From Myxococcota bacterium (GTDB lineage: Bacteria; Myxococcota_A; SURF-8), in the NCBI GenBank assembly GCA_963674735.2, contig CAXXQS010000001.1, positions 1-64,000 of the forward strand: DNA of 64,000 bases. Direction: 5' to 3'. Positions 39,974 through 48,327 of the stretch are shown in pieces (positions within the stretch are counted from its first letter, which is position 1; every line of letters starts with the position of its first letter). Below the pieces are notes generated by a model. It was given only the letters and a program-made list of their open reading frames with translations, ran no database searches and was not told the DNA's origin. Position numbers and translations under genes: made by a program.

Positions 39974-40801
39974 CTATTCAGGACTCACCACCCAATAATT
40001 GAACGAGAAGCGCCCGTTGTCCGTGCGCAGTCCGGCGGGACCATCGAATTCCAGCCCGCTGGGCGGGATGCGGCCGCTCCAGACCAGACGCTCATCCGCA
40101 TGAACGACGAGCCGGTCGCCGGTCAGTTCGGCTTCCAGGCTGTGGGGGATGCCGATGCCCATTGCCGGAGGGGCTTGGGAGATGTCGGCTTTCACGTTGG
40201 TATAGTTACTTGCGCCGCATTCGGCATGGATGCGTTGACCCGGATTGCGCTTGACCGACACGACGATCGCCTCTTTGGGTTCGATGCGCCACATGACGTA
40301 GAGTACGTTGCAGGTGTTTTGCGCTCGCAGCTTCAGCCCGAACTGCACCCGCATTTCCCCCGACGCCAGCGGTTTTTGAGTTGTCGTGTGGCCCAGATAA
40401 GTGAATTCGGCGCGCACATGCCGGGCCCTTCCCGCTTTCAAGACTGCGCGCACCTGATGGTGCTCGATGGTCGGGCCGGGGCGGATCGTGCCAGCGGTTA
40501 CGTTGAGATCGGAAAGGCGCACCTTTACCGATGCGACAGCCTGGGTCGTTGGGGGCGTGGAGGCTGCAATCTTAGTCCGTTCCGGCTTCGCGTCCGGCTG
40601 CGCATCTGCCATAAGTGCAGGCAGCGCTTGAGATGCGACGCCGGGCGATCGAACCGGATTCCGCTCCGGGGTATGTGGGGCGCAGGCGGAGAAGAGAAAA
40701 AGTAGTGTCGGTAAGATAAAACGCGAGAAAACGGCGACTGGTCGTGTTGAAAATAGTGTACAGATGGATAGATATGCACGACAGAATGCAAACATATTCA
40801 T
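39974..40801 (-). CDS. Hypothetical (lipo)protein with a beta-rich domain
   Basis: FSAC lipobox-like motif, low-complexity linker, globular domain ending GPAGLRTDN; start uncertain. Confidence 0.65.
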   Translation of the reverse strand: MNMFAFCRAYLSICTLFSTRPVAVFSRFILPTLLFLFSACAPHTPERNPVRSPGVASQALPALMADAQPDAKPERTKIAASTPPTTQAVASVKVRLSDLNVTAGTIRPGPTIEHHQVRAVLKAGRARHVRAEFTYLGHTTTQKPLASGEMRVQFGLKLRAQNTCNVLYVMWRIEPKEAIVVSVKRNPGQRIHAECGASNYTNVKADISQAPPAMGIGIPHSLEAELTGDRLVVHADERLVWSGRIPPSGLEFDGPAGLRTDNGRFSFNYWVVSPE

Positions 40802-40955
40802 CGCTATGCCACTTATAAAAAACGTGATAAATTGTGATAATGAAACACAAGCAAGACCTTACTAGTCTTCATCATTGAAATCAAGATCGATTCAGTTGCA
40901 AACATGAAATACATTTCGTCCACAGTTCGGTTATTGTGAGGGTCCTACTAAATCC

Positions 40956-41999
40956 TTACTCCTTCGTCTTTATCGATGGCCTTTTGTTTTCCTCCTCCTC
41001 TCGAAACAGATAGAAGAACGCCGCCGGTACGAGAATAAACGCCAGCGGCACCATCTGGCGCACCTCGCTGAAGATGCCGGTGATCAGGTGGCAGAAAATG
41101 AAAAACGGGATCATCAGCAGGCTGCAGCGCATAAAAGACGGCAGGTGTTTGAAGCGCCAGTAGGCGAAGAACCACAGCATGCCGAAGATAAAGAAGGGGT
41201 AGAGTCCTTTTTCGGTAAATTGAGCGAACGGGTGGGCCGTGAGGGCGGTGCCGATCCGTTCCAGATTGTCCGGCCAATGCCAGGCACCACCCAGGTGCGG
41301 ACGGTTGCGGGTCAGGTAGCGGATGAACCCGATGGCGACGACCATCGGCAGGCTGACGAGCGCCGTTCGCCAGAGGGAAAAGGCGATCTGCCGCAACGAC
41401 CAGCCGCGCCAGTTGCAGAAAAGATGCACCAAGGGAAGGCTCAGCATGGTTTCGTTATTGAGTCCGCCGACGAAAAACACCCCCGTCGTCCAGGTATCTT
41501 TGTGTTCGCGCATGGCCCAGAGCGCTAAAAGAAAGGTGACCAGCAGAAGCGACGCGCTTTCTTGCAAGTCGTTGGTGTGGGTAAACGGCATGATGGCCGC
41601 CAGAAACAGAACCCCGGCAAAGGATGTCGACGGCTTGAACCAGCGCCGCAAATAGAGGTGAAATAAAAAGAGCGCGAGCCAGGTAAAGAGCAGACGCTGC
41701 AGCAGGTAGGCGTTTTCAATGCTCAGTCCGAGCAGGCGGTGAAAACCTTCCGGGATCGCCCATTGCAGCAGGCGCGATTGCTCGTTGTTGTAATAGTTGA
41801 AATCCAGCAGGCGATGGTGATTGCGTACGAGGCGGCCGCTGGTCCAGGCGGGCGTGGCCATGAGTTTGACGCGCGTGTCGAGAAACGCCAGAAAGAGATA
41901 AATCGACGAAAACACAAAGCCTTCGGAATGACGCGCAACGAAGCGACGGAGCGCCGTGTAAGTTTGGATGGTTTTTTCTGTCAACCCGTCGAAAGTCAT
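40956..41999 (-). CDS. Multi-pass membrane protein of unknown function (GT-C-like topology possible)
   Basis: About 9 hydrophobic segments, GGLNNET motif, late EVRQMVP loop. Confidence 0.7.
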   Translation of the reverse strand: MTFDGLTEKTIQTYTALRRFVARHSEGFVFSSIYLFLAFLDTRVKLMATPAWTSGRLVRNHHRLLDFNYYNNEQSRLLQWAIPEGFHRLLGLSIENAYLLQRLLFTWLALFLFHLYLRRWFKPSTSFAGVLFLAAIMPFTHTNDLQESASLLLVTFLLALWAMREHKDTWTTGVFFVGGLNNETMLSLPLVHLFCNWRGWSLRQIAFSLWRTALVSLPMVVAIGFIRYLTRNRPHLGGAWHWPDNLERIGTALTAHPFAQFTEKGLYPFFIFGMLWFFAYWRFKHLPSFMRCSLLMIPFFIFCHLITGIFSEVRQMVPLAFILVPAAFFYLFREEEENKRPSIKTKE

Positions 42000-42455
42000 T
42001 CAAAATCCCCGTGACAAATGAGGCATTCCCATGGTTAACCGCCGATTCAGGTGGTTCTTAAATCCATAAAACGAAATGCGGTTGTTTCGAGTAAACGGAA
42101 ATATTGATAGCAAAAATCACGCCATCATACAACCCAATAAAACAGGCGACTTTCGTCTCTGCTTGTCAGAAATACAGGACAAAGGCGGCGAAGGCGCGAC
42201 ATTTGTGTCATGGGCGACGATTAGGATCGGTGGTCTTGTGAGAAGAGATCGCAATCAAAGCCGCCGTTAGGCGGGGTTAGGCAAAGGTCTTGGCCGATAT
42301 CCTTGGCTTTCAGAATAGTTTGCGCGGTGATCGTCGCTTGCGTATTATAATCAAATCAGAAGCATTGGAAATATTCAACGAAAGCCGGAAAAAATAGAAG
42401 AGGCTCCTTTTGAAGGCGAGAAGAAAACGTCCCTTTATTGAAGAAAGGATATTCG

Positions 42456-42683
42456 ATGTCCGACATGACCAGGCTTGGAATGTCGATCGGACTCTATCTT
42501 GTCGGTGTGATTATCTTCCTATGGATCATTTTCTGGGGAGGAGCGAATCGCCTTGATGGAACCTTAAAATCAGGATTGCTTTTTTCTCCACTCGCGGTGA
42601 ATTGGGGGGCGGAAGGATTGAAGCTCGCTGCCTGGATCGGCCTGATCGCCTCCACGTATTACTTTGTGTCTGATTTATTCTAA
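42456..42683 (+). CDS. Small membrane hypothetical protein
   Basis: RBS AAAGGA; two hydrophobic segments around WGGA.RL.G. Confidence 0.6.
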   Translation: MSDMTRLGMSIGLYLVGVIIFLWIIFWGGANRLDGTLKSGLLFSPLAVNWGAEGLKLAAWIGLIASTYYFVSDLF

Positions 42684-42727
42684 ACAGCGTAGCGCAACGG
42701 CCGGTCTTTGAATGATTGACGAAAGAT

Positions 42728-43120
42728 GGGGTGGCACGGTCTTGTTTTCGTGAGAAAACATGGCCGTGTTGGAATCGGACATATTATGATACAATCCGAG
42801 CTTGGAATGGATTAAAATTACAGCCCTGTAGGTCGGACAGATTTTCTGTCCGACACAAAAAGAGATGATAATTGCGGGCGGATAGCGAGGTGTTGTGGGA
42901 GACCACCACCGACGCCTACACGTTCTACAGACAACAACGTAGGCACCCAGGATGACGCTTGAACTATTTCTTTAATATTTCGTTCTTTTCTATCCGAATA
43001 AACCCGGCAGAATACCAGCCGCCGTTTTCGTCAATCGAAATACCCCTAGGTTGGTTCAGGTCTCCCGACCTGAACATGATGTTTTGTGCCTCGTTTCGTT
43101 CTAATATGATGGCACACGTT
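42728..43120. repeat. Cluster of REP-like palindromes
   Basis: GGGTGGCA-type copy near 42728, GTAG-type at 42828-42855, and ggttcaggtctcccgacctgaac at 43053-43075. Confidence 0.75.
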
Positions 43121-43364
43121 GTCGATCTGAAGGCCTTCGTGCCGGAGTTGGTTTCCGAAAAGGCGGACGCATCGGGCGGCTGGACGCGCGGTTTCGTCAT
43201 CGCAGAACGCACGGGGCGGCCACCTTCGTCGGAGCAGGGCTCCTGTCCTGCTCTGATGGTTTGTCTTCAAACAAGGTTTTGCCATGTTTCCGGCGGAGAC
43301 GGTCCGGGTGAAAAGATCAAGACAAACTTGCGGAGCATGACAGAATAGTAGCGACTGTTATCGG

Positions 43365-43370
43365 TGTCAA
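43365..43370 (-). promoter_or_regulatory. -35 box (TTGACA) of the circle-junction promoter
   Basis: Overlaps the transposase stop; lies exactly 17 bp from TATTAT (44518-44523) once the ends are joined through one CT core. Confidence 0.8.
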
Positions 43371-44302
43371 GCGAAATTCGGGTTCCAGGCTTCGTTTTTC
43401 CGCATCATCGTGTTGAGAATGAGGACCAATTTTCGCATGCAGGCCACCACCGCCGTCATCTTCGGTTTGCCGCGTCCGACCAGCCGCTGGTAGTGTCCGC
43501 GAATCACCGGGTTGTGTTGAATCGCCACCAGCGTCGGCATGTAGAGCGCCGTGCGCAGGCGATGACGACCGCCGCCGGTCATGCGTTTACCCCGAAACGT
43601 TCCGCTGTCCCGATTCATGGGCGCCACGCCGATCAACGCCGCGATCTGCCGCCGGTTGTAGATCCCCAGCTCCGGCAGATCCGTCACCAGAAGATTCGCC
43701 GTGCACGCGCCGACGCCCGGCATCGTTTGGAGCCGCGCGGCCCGGTCGCTGCGCTCCCGATCCGATGCAATGGCCGCCGCGATGGCCCGATCCAGCCGCT
43801 CGATTTCCCGTTCGATCACCTCCAGAATGCGGTGCAGGCTTTGTCCGATCGTCCGATCGCCCACGTGTTCGGTGCGGTTTTTCTCCATCGTGCGCATGGC
43901 GACCAGCTGCCGCCTCCGTGAAGACAGGGCTTTTAACAGGAGGGCGGTTTCGCCGAGCGTTTCGTTCGGTGCGGGACGCATGGCGGCTGCGTAGCGTGCG
44001 ATGATGCCCGCATCGAGTCGATCCGTTTTCGCCATCACGCCGACGGCGCGGGCATAATCCCGGATGCGCCGGGGATTGACCACCGCCACCGGCCAACCCG
44101 CTTTCTGAAGACGTTTGCACAGCTCCCGTTCGTAGCCGCCGGTGGCTTCCATCACGACGCCCTCCACCTCGATCCGCTTCAACGAACGGACGAAGCGTGT
44201 CATGCCGGCTTTGGTGTAAGCGTAGCGGACGCACGTGCTTTCGCCGTCGACGGCGACATCGAAAACGGCTTTGCTGACGTCGATCCCGATCCATTTCTTC
44301 AT
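43367..44302 (-). CDS. IS110 family DEDD recombinase/transposase
   Basis: GIDVSK, MEATG, KTDRLDA (D-E-D-D), PGVG, catalytic-Ser motif RDSG, GG..LR.ALYM, A.MRKL. Confidence 0.96.
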   Translation of the reverse strand: MKKWIGIDVSKAVFDVAVDGESTCVRYAYTKAGMTRFVRSLKRIEVEGVVMEATGGYERELCKRLQKAGWPVAVVNPRRIRDYARAVGVMAKTDRLDAGIIARYAAAMRPAPNETLGETALLLKALSSRRRQLVAMRTMEKNRTEHVGDRTIGQSLHRILEVIEREIERLDRAIAAAIASDRERSDRAARLQTMPGVGACTANLLVTDLPELGIYNRRQIAALIGVAPMNRDSGTFRGKRMTGGGRHRLRTALYMPTLVAIQHNPVIRGHYQRLVGRGKPKMTAVVACMRKLVLILNTMMRKNEAWNPNFA

Positions 44303-44511
44303 GGCGCACCCTTCCTTGCCAATACGGGCTCATTTCGATTACAATGGCCCCTGCGACTGTTCGGGTTTTCCCGGACGAAACGGACGGCGGATCCGGCTAC
44401 AAAACGGGCTCATCAGGCCCCAGGATGGGACGATCTCGCCGCCCACCACGGCCTCCCGCTTGCTACGGGAGGTCGTTTCATCTTATCATCACAAACGATG
44501 ACAGTCGCTTG
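44303..44511 (-). ncRNA. Predicted bridge RNA (5' stem-loop, target-binding loop, donor-binding loop)
   Basis: Stem-loop at 44449-44475; target guides CCCAUCCU (44422-44429) and GUAG (44397-44400); donor guides ACAGUCGC (44353-44360) and CAAG (44315-44318). Each guide pair flanks an internal hairpin. RNA ends are inferred. Confidence 0.85.
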
Positions 44512-44517
44512 AAAGGG

Positions 44518-44523
44518 ATAATA
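44518..44523 (-). promoter_or_regulatory. -10 box (TATTAT) of the circle-junction promoter
   Basis: Two bases inside the left CT core, pointing into the predicted bridge RNA. Confidence 0.8.
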
Positions 44524-44525
44524 CA

Positions 44526-44600
44526 AGGATGGGCAACTTGTTGCCCATCGCGACATCAGACTAAACTCCTTGAAGATGGGCAACAAGTTGCCCATCCTAC
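44526..44600. repeat. Inverted pair of GTAG REPs (REPIN); the left copy is interrupted by IS110
   Basis: (gt)aggatgggcaacttgttgcccatc...gatgggcaacaagttgcccatcctac. Confidence 0.88.
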
Positions 44601-44890
44601 CACTGAAACTATTTGAATGTCTCAAACAGGGTTGCCCCCTGCTGGAGCGTGTCTTCCGATAGGCTCCTATTCCGCCCATACTTCGCTCCCTGCGCCGTTG
44701 CGGCGATTGACCGCAACCGCCGATTTTCGCCGTTTCGACAAAATCGCGTCGTCACCCCTAAATTTAGCCGCTTTGCCGGGGGGAGGTGGCGATGCGCTTA
44801 ATGCGTTCGTTGCGCCGTTTCGAGCCGGTCGTGGTTGCTTTTCGTGAAATCATTGGGTTTTTCGCCCGCGAGTTGGGGGGTAAAATAGTA

Positions 44891-45082
44891 TTCCACGGAC
44901 CATACTAGGTTGGGCATAATACGTCACATCTGTTCGAACCTGAAACGACTCGGGAAGCGGCAAGAGGTCGGGACGATCGGCGGTAAGCCCCCCTCGGCTA
45001 ACGACAGAGTTCTTGTTATTCCAGTTATATAGACAGCTACAGTCACAAGCGCCGGGAGGGGGCAGACCCGTAAACACGTGGA
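44891..45082. ncRNA. Candidate structured non-coding RNA, family unknown
   Basis: Terminal pairing tccacg/cgtgga encloses three hairpins found by eye, including gcccccctcggc/gccgggagggggc; TAAAAT at 44881. Confidence 0.35.
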
Positions 45083-45258
45083 CGAAAGCGCTTTGATAAT
45101 CGTCTTAATATCGTATACTAAATATAATACATTTAAAAGAATTCAGTGTAATACTCTTAGTTTGTTGATATCACTGGCTTTTTCCCGATTTAGCGTTTCA
45201 GCGTCGAAATAGGGGCGGAAAACAGTACGCAAACCGGCTGTTAAGCTAGTGATAACGA

Positions 45259-46794
45259 TTACTTAACGCCTCGATCCAGCGTGCGGTACTGGATCGCCTC
45301 GGAGAGGTGCACGGCCTGGATGTCGGGGGCCTGTTCCAGGTCGGCGATGGTGCGCGCCACTTTCAAAATGCGGTCGTAGGCGCGTGCGCTCATGCCCAGG
45401 CGATCCACCACCATTTCGAGCAAACGCTCGCCTTCGGCATCCACCTTGCAGAATTCCCGCAGGTGGCGCGGGGTCATTTGTGCATTGCAACGGATTCCGT
45501 TCATACCTTTGGTGTAGCGTTTGTGCTGGAGCGCGCGGGTGCTCTGGACGCGGTCGCGGACGTTTTTGGAGCTTTCGCCGCAACGCGAATCCGCCAGCTC
45601 TTTGTAACGCACCGCCGGAACTTCCACATGCAAATCGATGCGATCGAGCAGTGGGCCCGACAAGCGGGCGCGGTAACGTTGAATCTCGCCGATCGAGCAG
45701 GTGCATTCGTGCTTGGGGTCACCTAAGTAGCCACATGGGCATGGATTCATCGCCGTGACCAGCATGATGCGTGCCGGGTAGGTGATGGAAACCATCGAGC
45801 GCGTGATGGTCACCTGATTGTCTTCCAGCGGTTGGCGCAGCACTTCGAGCACGTTTTTCTTGAACTCCGGGAGTTCGTCGAGAAACAAGACGCCGTTGTG
45901 CGCCAGACTGATTTCGCCGGGTCGCGGGATGGAGCCGCCGCCGATGAGTCCCACATCCGAGATCGTGTGGTGCGGAGAGCGGAAAGGCCGCTCGCGAATA
46001 AGCGATTCCTTCTCGTGAATCATGCCCACCACACTGTAAACCTTGGTGGTTTGCAGGGATTCCTCGAATTCGAGATAGGGCAGGATGGTAGCCAGACGAC
46101 GCGCCAGCATGGTCTTGCCCGATCCGGGCGGCCCGACCATCAGCACGTTGTGTCCGCCCGCCGCCGCCACTTCGAGGGCGCGTTTGACATGCTCCTGGCC
46201 TTTGACATCCGCCATATCCACCCGGGCCGAGTCCGTCGTTTCCATTTCGTTGATGGCGAGCGCCTCCGCCGAGGCGATGCCTTCCGCGCCGTTCATGAAG
46301 CGGATGACCTGCTGCAGGTCGTGCACACCGATGACGTCGATATCCTGAACGACGGCCGCCTCCGGTGCGTTGGCCTGCGGTAGAAGAATACCTTTTAGCC
46401 CATGCTCGCGACACGCCGCCGCCAGGGGCAGGACGCCGCGCACCCGTTTGATGGTGCCGTCGAGCGCCAGTTCGCCCACCACCATGTAATCTTTCAGCAA
46501 GTCGGGGCTGATCACCTGGGCGCAAGCCAGCATGCCGAGCGAAATCGGCAGATCGAAGGCCGCGCCCTCCTTGCGGATATCCGCCGGAGCCAGGTTGACC
46601 GTCAGCCGCCGCGCGGGCACCATGAATCCGCTGTTCTTGATCGCCGCGCGCACCCGCTCTTTCGATTCGCGCACCGCGCCGTCGGGCAACCCCACGATGT
46701 TGAACTGCGGTAGCCCCATCGCCATATCGACTTCCACATCCACTCGGTAGGCGTCGATTCCCAAAACCGCCCCCGAAACCACGGTCGCCAGCAT
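45259..46794 (-). CDS. comM: YifB/ComM family Mg-chelatase-like AAA+ ATPase
   Basis: [75 protein letters not shown]. Confidence 0.96.
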   Translation of the reverse strand: MLATVVSGAVLGIDAYRVDVEVDMAMGLPQFNIVGLPDGAVRESKERVRAAIKNSGFMVPARRLTVNLAPADIRKEGAAFDLPISLGMLACAQVISPDLLKDYMVVGELALDGTIKRVRGVLPLAAACREHGLKGILLPQANAPEAAVVQDIDVIGVHDLQQVIRFMNGAEGIASAEALAINEMETTDSARVDMADVKGQEHVKRALEVAAAGGHNVLMVGPPGSGKTMLARRLATILPYLEFEESLQTTKVYSVVGMIHEKESLIRERPFRSPHHTISDVGLIGGGSIPRPGEISLAHNGVLFLDELPEFKKNVLEVLRQPLEDNQVTITRSMVSITYPARIMLVTAMNPCPCGYLGDPKHECTCSIGEIQRYRARLSGPLLDRIDLHVEVPAVRYKELADSRCGESSKNVRDRVQSTRALQHKRYTKGMNGIRCNAQMTPRHLREFCKVDAEGERLLEMVVDRLGMSARAYDRILKVARTIADLEQAPDIQAVHLSEAIQYRTLDRGVK

Positions 46795-46973
46795 GAATGC
46801 CTCCTTCCACCTGTGCGTAAGGGAATCTAAGCAAGCCGTGTGCCAATGAGGAAAGTGTGTGCTATCAGTCGGTTACGGGGGTACGCTTGGTGCTCTGCGG
46901 TTGGAAAATGGACGGGCGGCTGGATTCCGGACGGGAGACTGCAAACCACCAGACTCGATTTGCTGGAGGGTCG

Positions 46974-47044
46974 GGGGCCGTGACAAGCCCGGATCGATGA
47001 ATAAAAGGAGTGGCATGGGCTAAGTGCAGCCTTGTGGGTCGAGT
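46974..47044. repeat. ~72-bp imperfect direct repeat, copy 1 (copy 2 at 48074-48146)
   Basis: Both copies share ccgtgacaagc..gatcgatgaat.aaaaggagtggcatgg....gccttgtgggtcgagt. Confidence 0.85.
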
Positions 47045-47110
47045 CCCACGTTGGCTGTGATCGGGAGACCTCAACCAAGCTGGGGATAATATACTGCAGA
47101 ACTCATCAAA

Positions 47111-47617
47111 TCACCATAAGATAGGACGTATCGACATAAAGATAGATACTGCGCCTAATCCCAAAATCAATACCAATAGTACTCGCTCAACTGGTCTGTA
47201 CCAAGTGGGTTTTTCCGGATAGGGACTGGAAAAATTGAACTCACTCCGCAGACCAGTGGAATAGTAGAAAATGCCAAGAACCATAATAAGAGCAATTGTT
47301 CTCATTGCAATGGTCACATATCCACTGGCATCCAGGGAATACACTTTTCCCATGTATTCCCAGCCTTGAAGGCTACCCCATATCCCCAAGAGTCCATTGG
47401 CTGCTATCATTACCAGAAACAGGTTGAAATATTTTCGGTGAATAGCTTCTGATCCGATAACGAAAAAAGTAAGTGCCCCAAGTATGCCAACATTGTCCAG
47501 ATCGGCCACAGCGTCTCCGAAAACCTTGTGGTAGAGAAGGGTCCAGATACCCAAGGCCAAGCTACAATATCCCCCCAAAGTTAAAGCCTTGTTCCATGAA
47601 ATAATTTTGCTGGTCAT
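47111..47617 (-). CDS. AT-rich membrane hypothetical protein, probably foreign
   Basis: About five hydrophobic segments; visibly more AT-rich than neighbouring genes. Confidence 0.75.
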   Translation of the reverse strand: MTSKIISWNKALTLGGYCSLALGIWTLLYHKVFGDAVADLDNVGILGALTFFVIGSEAIHRKYFNLFLVMIAANGLLGIWGSLQGWEYMGKVYSLDASGYVTIAMRTIALIMVLGIFYYSTGLRSEFNFSSPYPEKPTWYRPVERVLLVLILGLGAVSIFMSIRPILW

Positions 47618-47963
47618 TTCTGCTCTTTTAAGTTATCCAGCCATTGGGACACGAACACAGTAAACTTTTCTAGTAATCCCCTGATTGAAGTATCGGTGGA
47701 ATATCCCATACTCTGCATTTCAGGTCAACTTTCAGCCCCGATTGAGCCCCATCACAGCCCCGAGCGTCTCCCCATAAACATCAAAAGGTTTCCCGGTTCC
47801 CCGAAAAGCCCAATGACATCAGTGGTACCGAAGAGGAATACTCGAACTCGCACATCCTTGCGGACACTAGAACCTGAAACTACTGATTAGCCTGCCATCT
47901 GCTTTTGATAATAATATTACATTGTTACAGCTTCACATACAAATTCGTATGATATCACCAATA

Positions 47964-48075
47964 TAGATACCCGCACGGGCAGGGATTCATCGCCGTAACC
48001 AGCATGATGCGTGCCGGGTAGGTGATGGAAACCATCGAGCGCGTGATGGTTACCTGATTGTCTTCCAGCGGTTGG
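47964..48075 (-). pseudogene. Orphan internal fragment of comM ending at MNPCPCGYL
   Basis: 47983-48075 matches 45743-45835 at 91 of 93 nt; the next 19 nt encode the same PCPCGYL with 6 synonymous changes. Confidence 0.9.
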
Positions 48076-48146
48076 GGACCGTGACAAGCACAGATCGATG
48101 AATCAAAAGGAGTGGCATGGACCCCGCGTAGCCTTGTGGGTCGAGT
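48074..48146. repeat. ~72-bp imperfect direct repeat, copy 2
   Basis: Matches 46974-47044. Confidence 0.85.
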
Positions 48147-48149
48147 GGG

Positions 48150-48300
48150 TTGTTACCTTTCTTTCCTCAAAGAAAGGTAACCCAAAGAAAGCGCTCCCGG
48201 GGTTCGCTGCTGCCGCTGCGTGTCGACGCTCGGTCCGACGGGCGCTGCGGAACTCGCCCGGCTAACCGGGCTCAAACAGTCCTCGCGCTCTGTCCGTCTT
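48150..48300. repeat. Structured MITE/REP-like element
   Basis: Hairpins gttacctttcttt-cctc-aaagaaaggtaac and gcccgg-ctaa-ccgggc, followed by tcaaacagtcctcgc. Confidence 0.5.
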
Positions 48301-48327
48301 CCTTCGGGTTGGTTCAGGTCTCCCGAC

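Larger units (their letters stand above)
43350..44527 (-). mobile_element. Complete IS110-family (IS621-like) insertion sequence flanked by CT cores, inserted in a GTAG REP
   Basis: Minus-strand junctions read GCCCATC-CT-TGTAT (left) and ACAGTCG-CT-ACTAT (right). Removing the element restores gtaggatgggcaacttgttgcccatc, the reverse complement of the REP copies at 44575-44600 and 38405-38430. Confidence 0.93.

Noticed and set aside
42959-43348. 129-aa ORF beside IS110 as a passenger gene
   Set aside because: It lies outside the CT-core boundary, spans REP-like palindromes and has no recognisable motif.
44875-45100. tmRNA, 6S, SRP or RNase P RNA
   Set aside because: A GGGGG start and an ANDRVLVIPVI* frame are suggestive, but there is no T-arm/CCA end, the tag lacks an Ala-rich end, and the SRP, RNase P and 6S hallmarks are missing.
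47050-47700. Integron gene cassette
   Set aside because: No RYYYAAC...GTTRRRY attC structure after the stop codon and no integron integrase nearby.
45724-48075. DGR template/variable repeat pair
   Set aside because: The differences are not adenine-specific, and there is no reverse transcriptase in the window.
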